DNA from: an uncultured Chthoniobacteraceae bacterium
Lineage (GTDB): Bacteria > Verrucomicrobiota > Verrucomicrobiia > Chthoniobacterales > CAKUMP01
DNA: 29,528 bases
Direction of reading: 5' to 3'
Assembly (NCBI GenBank): GCA_964535055.1
Contig: CAZHRP010000008.1
Span: forward strand, 1-29,528
Shown: one piece after another, positions 26,565-29,528 of the stretch
Layout: each line of letters begins with the position of its first letter
How positions within the stretch are numbered: position 1 is the first letter of the stretch
The notes under the pieces: model-generated
What the model was told of the DNA's origin: nothing
The model's input: only the letters and a program-made list of their open reading frames with translations
Database searches by the model: none
Program-made: the position numbers and the translations under genes

Positions 26565-26984
26565 TCATTCGCCGATAATTTTGACCAGCACGCGCTTACG
26601 GCGTTTACCGTCAAATTCGCCGTAGAAGATTTGTTCCCACGGGCCAAAGTCGAGACGACCACCGGTCACAGCAACCACCACTTCGCGACCCATAAGAGTG
26701 CGTTTGAGGTGCGCGTCTGCATTGTCCTCGCCGACATTGTGGTGGTACTGGGAATGCGGCTTTTCGGGAGCCAGTTTTTCCAGCCAGACCTCGAAGTCGT
26801 GGTGGAGCCCACTTTCGTTGTCGTTGATAAAAACGGCTGCGGAAATATGCATAGCATTGACCAGGCACAATCCTTCGATGATTCCACTTTCCTGTAGGCA
26901 ATTTTCAACATCCGGCGTGATGTTGATAAATTGCCGCCTGGCAGGCACTTCAAACCATAGTTCCTTGCGAAAGGACTTCATCAT
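26565..26984 (-). CDS. yjbQ: YjbQ/UPF0047 family protein (secondary thiamine-phosphate synthase activity in E. coli)
   Basis: [23 protein letters not shown] and [13 protein letters not shown]. Confidence 0.92.
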   Translation of the reverse strand: MMKSFRKELWFEVPARRQFINITPDVENCLQESGIIEGLCLVNAMHISAAVFINDNESGLHHDFEVWLEKLAPEKPHSQYHHNVGEDNADAHLKRTLMGREVVVAVTGGRLDFGPWEQIFYGEFDGKRRKRVLVKIIGE

Positions 26985-26998
26985 TTGACAAGTCAGTC

Positions 26999-27958
26999 TC
27001 AGACTGATAAAGCAGCCTGGCCATGCGGTGGCTGCGGCACCAGATCAAGCTTGCGTAGCAACTCGAGGTCAGAATCAGTGTCCGGGTTATCGGCAGTGAG
27101 TAGCTTTTCCCCATAAAATATGGAATTGGCCCCGGCATAGAAGGCAAGTGCCTGAGCTTCGGTAGAAAAATTGGTGCGCCCGGCGGAGAGTCGAATCTTA
27201 GCGGTAGGTACTGCCAGTCTGGCTACGGCAATCATTCGGATCAGGTCAAAGACATCGACCGGTTGTTGAGCTTCAAGTGGCGTACCCGGCATCGCCATCA
27301 GGCAGTTGATCGGTACGCTCTCCGGCGGCGGATCAAAACCAGCCAGCACCTCCAGCATCCGTAAGCGGTCACGTATGCTTTCCCCCATCCCTAGAATCCC
27401 ACCACAGCAAACTGCCATGTCCGCATCTTGCACTGCGCGGATCGTCTGCAGCCGGTCTTCAAAAGTATGGGTGGACACGATCTGCGGGTAGAACTCCGGT
27501 GAGGTGTCGATATTATGGTTATAGGCAGTGACGCCGGCCTCCTTCAACTTCTGCGCCTCGGTGTCACTCAAATTGCCAAGAGTCACACAAACTTCCATCC
27601 CCAGCTTACTGACCTCACGAATCGTTTCCAGCACCTTCTCAAATTTTCCATCACCTTCGCGCACCCCTTTCCAGGCTGCACCCATACAGAATCTGGTAGA
27701 GCCATTCTCCTTGGCACGGAGCGCATGCGGCAGGATCTCATCGACACCCATCAGATGATCCCGTTCCAGGCCAGTGTCATAGTGCGCACTCTGGGAGCAG
27801 TACGAACAATCCTCGCTGCAACCGCCGGTCTTGATGCTTAACAAAGTGCACAGTTGCACTTCATTGCTTTTCCAGTGCTTGCGATATTCGGAACGTGCCC
27901 GATCGACTAAGTCAAAAAATGGCAGCTGATAAAGTTCTTCCAGTTCGGAATAGGTCAT
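26999..27958 (-). CDS. bioB: Biotin synthase (radical SAM)
   Basis: [33 protein letters not shown] and IRLSAGR; the [2Fe-2S] ligand positions (three Cys, one Arg) are recognisable. Confidence 0.96.
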   Translation of the reverse strand: MTYSELEELYQLPFFDLVDRARSEYRKHWKSNEVQLCTLLSIKTGGCSEDCSYCSQSAHYDTGLERDHLMGVDEILPHALRAKENGSTRFCMGAAWKGVREGDGKFEKVLETIREVSKLGMEVCVTLGNLSDTEAQKLKEAGVTAYNHNIDTSPEFYPQIVSTHTFEDRLQTIRAVQDADMAVCCGGILGMGESIRDRLRMLEVLAGFDPPPESVPINCLMAMPGTPLEAQQPVDVFDLIRMIAVARLAVPTAKIRLSAGRTNFSTEAQALAFYAGANSIFYGEKLLTADNPDTDSDLELLRKLDLVPQPPHGQAALSV

Positions 27959-28001
27959 GAAATCTATGGGGCTTGATTTACTGCTACAGCCAGCCGACAG
28001 G

Positions 28002-28610
28002 CTACTGAACTTCCGCCATCAGTTCCGCCTGCTGCTCGATTTTAATCCTGCGGATACGAATTTTTTCTACCGGGTAATTGTTGGAGTCGGCCGGCTTTCG
28101 GCTGAGCGTATCGATCACGTCCAGGCCTTCGATGACTTCACCAAATACGGTGTATTCGTTATTCAGCGATTGATCGGCCTCCAGCGTTATTAAAAATTGG
28201 CTGCCGTTTGAGGCCTTGGCCGGATTGACCTTGTTACCCAGCCTGCCCATGGCGATCGAGCCTGCTTTAAATTTGCGTTGGATTTCGGCCGGCAAAGTAT
28301 AGCCCGGTCCACCGGTTCCAGTCTGGCTACGATCCTTGCGACGACTTAAAGGATCGCCACCCTGAACCATAATACCCGGGAAGACCCGATGAAATTCGGT
28401 ATTTTTGTAAAAACCTTTGCGCGCTAGTTTCTTGAAATTTTCTACAGTCTTAGGGGCTGACTCTTCATACAGGTCAATCACGACCCGCCGCAGTTCTTTT
28501 TCCTTACCAAATCGAATCTCCATTACTGCAAGTTCCTGGGCAAAGCTACTGCAGACACTGATGACCAGCGCAACAAAAAGGATGAAATAAAAATTTAAAA
28601 ATTGCTTCAT
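28002..28610 (-). CDS. Cyclophilin-type peptidyl-prolyl cis-trans isomerase, exported
   Basis: APKTVENF, FHRVFPG.MVQGGD, GSQFLIT and YTVFGEV; N-terminal signal peptide. Confidence 0.92.
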   Translation of the reverse strand: MKQFLNFYFILFVALVISVCSSFAQELAVMEIRFGKEKELRRVVIDLYEESAPKTVENFKKLARKGFYKNTEFHRVFPGIMVQGGDPLSRRKDRSQTGTGGPGYTLPAEIQRKFKAGSIAMGRLGNKVNPAKASNGSQFLITLEADQSLNNEYTVFGEVIEGLDVIDTLSRKPADSNNYPVEKIRIRRIKIEQQAELMAEVQ

Positions 28611-29528
28611 TTACTCAATAGTTGGAATAATTTCGGATGTAACCTGATCATCACTTTGCGACGATTGCACCAGGCATTGCAAACCTATATCTGTGTTACC
28701 CCTCTTGAGATAACCAAGTGCAACCGATTTGTCCAAGGCAAAACTGAATCCGGTGCTGGTAATTTCGCCGACCGGCTTGGCCAAGTTGTCACGGGTGAAA
28801 ATTTTCCACCCCGCCGACCAGTTGGGCTGCTGTTCGCCCTTAACTGCCAGCAAGCAAAGTTTTTTGCTGGGACTACCAACACTTCGCATCCTTGAAACAA
28901 CTTCCTGGCCAATGTAGCAGCCTTTGGAAAAACTAACCGCACGCTGATCGAGACCGGCTTCACCCGGTAGTGACGAGTCATCAAAATCGCTGCCCCATTT
29001 GGCAATACCACGTTCGATGCGAATGTTGTCAGCTAGCTGACTTGTCATTTCTTTTATCCCCTGCCCCTCCAACGCCGCCACCACTTCAGCCCTGAGGTCA
29101 GGCGCAAAGATCAAGTCCAAACCAACAACTCCCAACCGGTTGGCATTCAATAACCGGACTCCTGGCGGCAGTTGATCAGGCTCAATGCTACAATAGATAG
29201 TATGAATGATCTGAAACTGATCGGAGACATCATGCAATTCCACATCATCGGCTATGATGTAACGGTCGAAGCGTGCCAGTGCCGTTGACCGTAATGCCAC
29301 GGGCAAGTCCAGTTGGTAGCCGGACTCTATCGCAGAAAAAAACAACTCGCAGCAAATTTTCCCCTTGGCATCGAGCGCCAGTGCATAGCGGGCTTCATCA
29401 CTACCAAGGTCTTCTAACGCATTGGTTAGTTGACCATTTAAATACCTGGTCGCATCAGTACCCGTTACCTGCAAATGGGCACGCTCTAAAGCCAGAAACC
29501 CGCCGTGTTCGCAGATCTGATGGAAGTA
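28611..29528 (-). CDS. ygfZ: YgfZ/GcvT-family folate-binding protein, N-terminus beyond the window
   Basis: VTGTDATRYLNGQLTN and the KGCYIGQE signature. The frame stays open from TTG 29474 to the window edge (YFHQICEHGGFLALERAH). Confidence 0.9.
   Translation of the reverse strand, partial: YFHQICEHGGFLALERAHLQVTGTDATRYLNGQLTNALEDLGSDEARYALALDAKGKICCELFFSAIESGYQLDLPVALRSTALARFDRYIIADDVELHDVSDQFQIIHTIYCSIEPDQLPPGVRLLNANRLGVVGLDLIFAPDLRAEVVAALEGQGIKEMTSQLADNIRIERGIAKWGSDFDDSSLPGEAGLDQRAVSFSKGCYIGQEVVSRMRSVGSPSKKLCLLAVKGEQQPNWSAGWKIFTRDNLAKPVGEITSTGFSFALDKSVALGYLKRGNTDIGLQCLVQSSQSDDQVTSEIIPTIE

Noticed and set aside
24350-28610. Gln immediately after three predicted signal-peptide cleavage sites (possible pyroglutamate rule)
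   Set aside because: Only three cases, other exported proteins here do not follow it, and A-Q junctions are common; a genome-wide count would be needed.
1-29528. CRISPR arrays, tRNA/rRNA genes, IS elements, integrases, defence systems
   Set aside because: No repeat-spacer periodicity, RNA-gene signature or corresponding protein motif was seen; intergenic gaps are mostly too short. A covariance-model scan (tRNAscan-SE, Rfam) was not possible.

Overview
Gene-dense bacterial chromosomal segment of moderate GC, about 33 protein-coding genes, mostly on the minus strand. I found no rRNA, tRNA, CRISPR array, transposase or phage gene. The gene repertoire (RsmA-Nudix fusion, short 7TM-HD protein, several lineage-type secreted hypotheticals, hexamer intergenic repeat) resembles Verrucomicrobiota; this is recalled family knowledge, not a database result. 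In order: 5'-partial WcaF-like acetyltransferase, an apparently truncated SAM methyltransferase, leuDC, rsmA fused to a Nudix domain, an AT-rich intergenic region with tandem DnaA boxes, flavin reductase, DAHP synthase, 7TM-HD phosphohydrolase, phoH, three secreted/lipoprotein hypotheticals, DUF1460 amidase, MFS transporter, acylphosphatase, a PilH/PilI/PilG-like ABC operon with a metallophosphoesterase and a GT9, a GT-C-like membrane protein, hpt, TPR protein, hflX, avtA, a Gln-rich lipoprotein, two small paralogous coiled-coil proteins, rpoN, yjbQ, bioB, cyclophilin and a partial ygfZ. The most notable items are the oriC-like DnaA-box/trio module (4367-4535, although no GC-skew switch is visible in spot checks), the orphan PilHIG-like ABC system linked to glycosyltransferases, the RsmA-Nudix fusion, and the coiled-coil paralog pair divergent from rpoN.
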